Part shown: in pieces, positions 15,289 to 15,379 of the stretch
Layout: every line of letters starts with the position of its first letter
Numbering within the stretch: position 1 is the stretch's first letter
Source: Candidatus Methylomirabilales bacterium
Lineage (GTDB): Bacteria > Methylomirabilota > Methylomirabilia > Methylomirabilales > CSP1-5
DNA: 15,379 nt
Direction of reading: 5' to 3'
NCBI GenBank assembly: GCA_046758505.1
Contig: JBHIAH010000059.1
Span: 1 to 15,379 of the forward strand
Translations under genes and position numbers: made by a program
The notes under the pieces: generated by a model
The model's input: the letters and a program-made list of their open reading frames with translations, nothing else
Databases searched by the model: none
What the model was told of the DNA's origin: nothing

Positions 15289-15379
15289 ATGAACAGATCG
15301 AAGATCCACCCAATGACAGAAGAACGCGGCATCGTCCTCATCCTGTCGCTCTTGGTCATGACGATCCTGTCGATCCTCG
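15289..15379 (+). CDS. PilX-like minor pilin, N-terminus only (second copy, runs off the window)
   Basis: Not in the ORF track. AGGAG (15277-15281) precedes ATG 15289, which reads MNRSKIHPMTEERG|IVLILSLLVMTILSIL. It lacks E5 and closely parallels PilX copy 1 (EAG|IALVITLLVMTILLI). Confidence 0.7.
   Translation, partial: MNRSKIHPMTEERGIVLILSLLVMTILSIL

Overview
GC-rich bacterial chromosomal window with all supported genes on the + strand. It opens with a degenerate RHS/YD-repeat remnant, then thioredoxin (trxA) and a complete trpEGDCFBA operon with no recognisable attenuator. Tightly coupled after trpA come a GAF-GAF-HD-GYP phosphodiesterase, a metallo-beta-lactamase-fold (class II cNMP-phosphodiesterase-like) gene and a type IV minor-pilin cassette (FimT/FimU, PilV, PilW and a large PilX). 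After a ~555-bp intergenic region holding a sigma54-type and a sigma70-type promoter candidate, a second, paralogous minor-pilin cassette begins (FimT, PilW, PilX; truncated by the window end). The most unusual non-genic signal is a family of phased 7-bp tandem repeats (GTTCANN on the left, NNTGAAC on the right). They form inverted arrays at every non-overlapping junction inside the trp operon; one overlaps the trpB stop codon and another pairs with the trpD ribosome-binding site. All calls come from motif reading by eye; no database searches were run.
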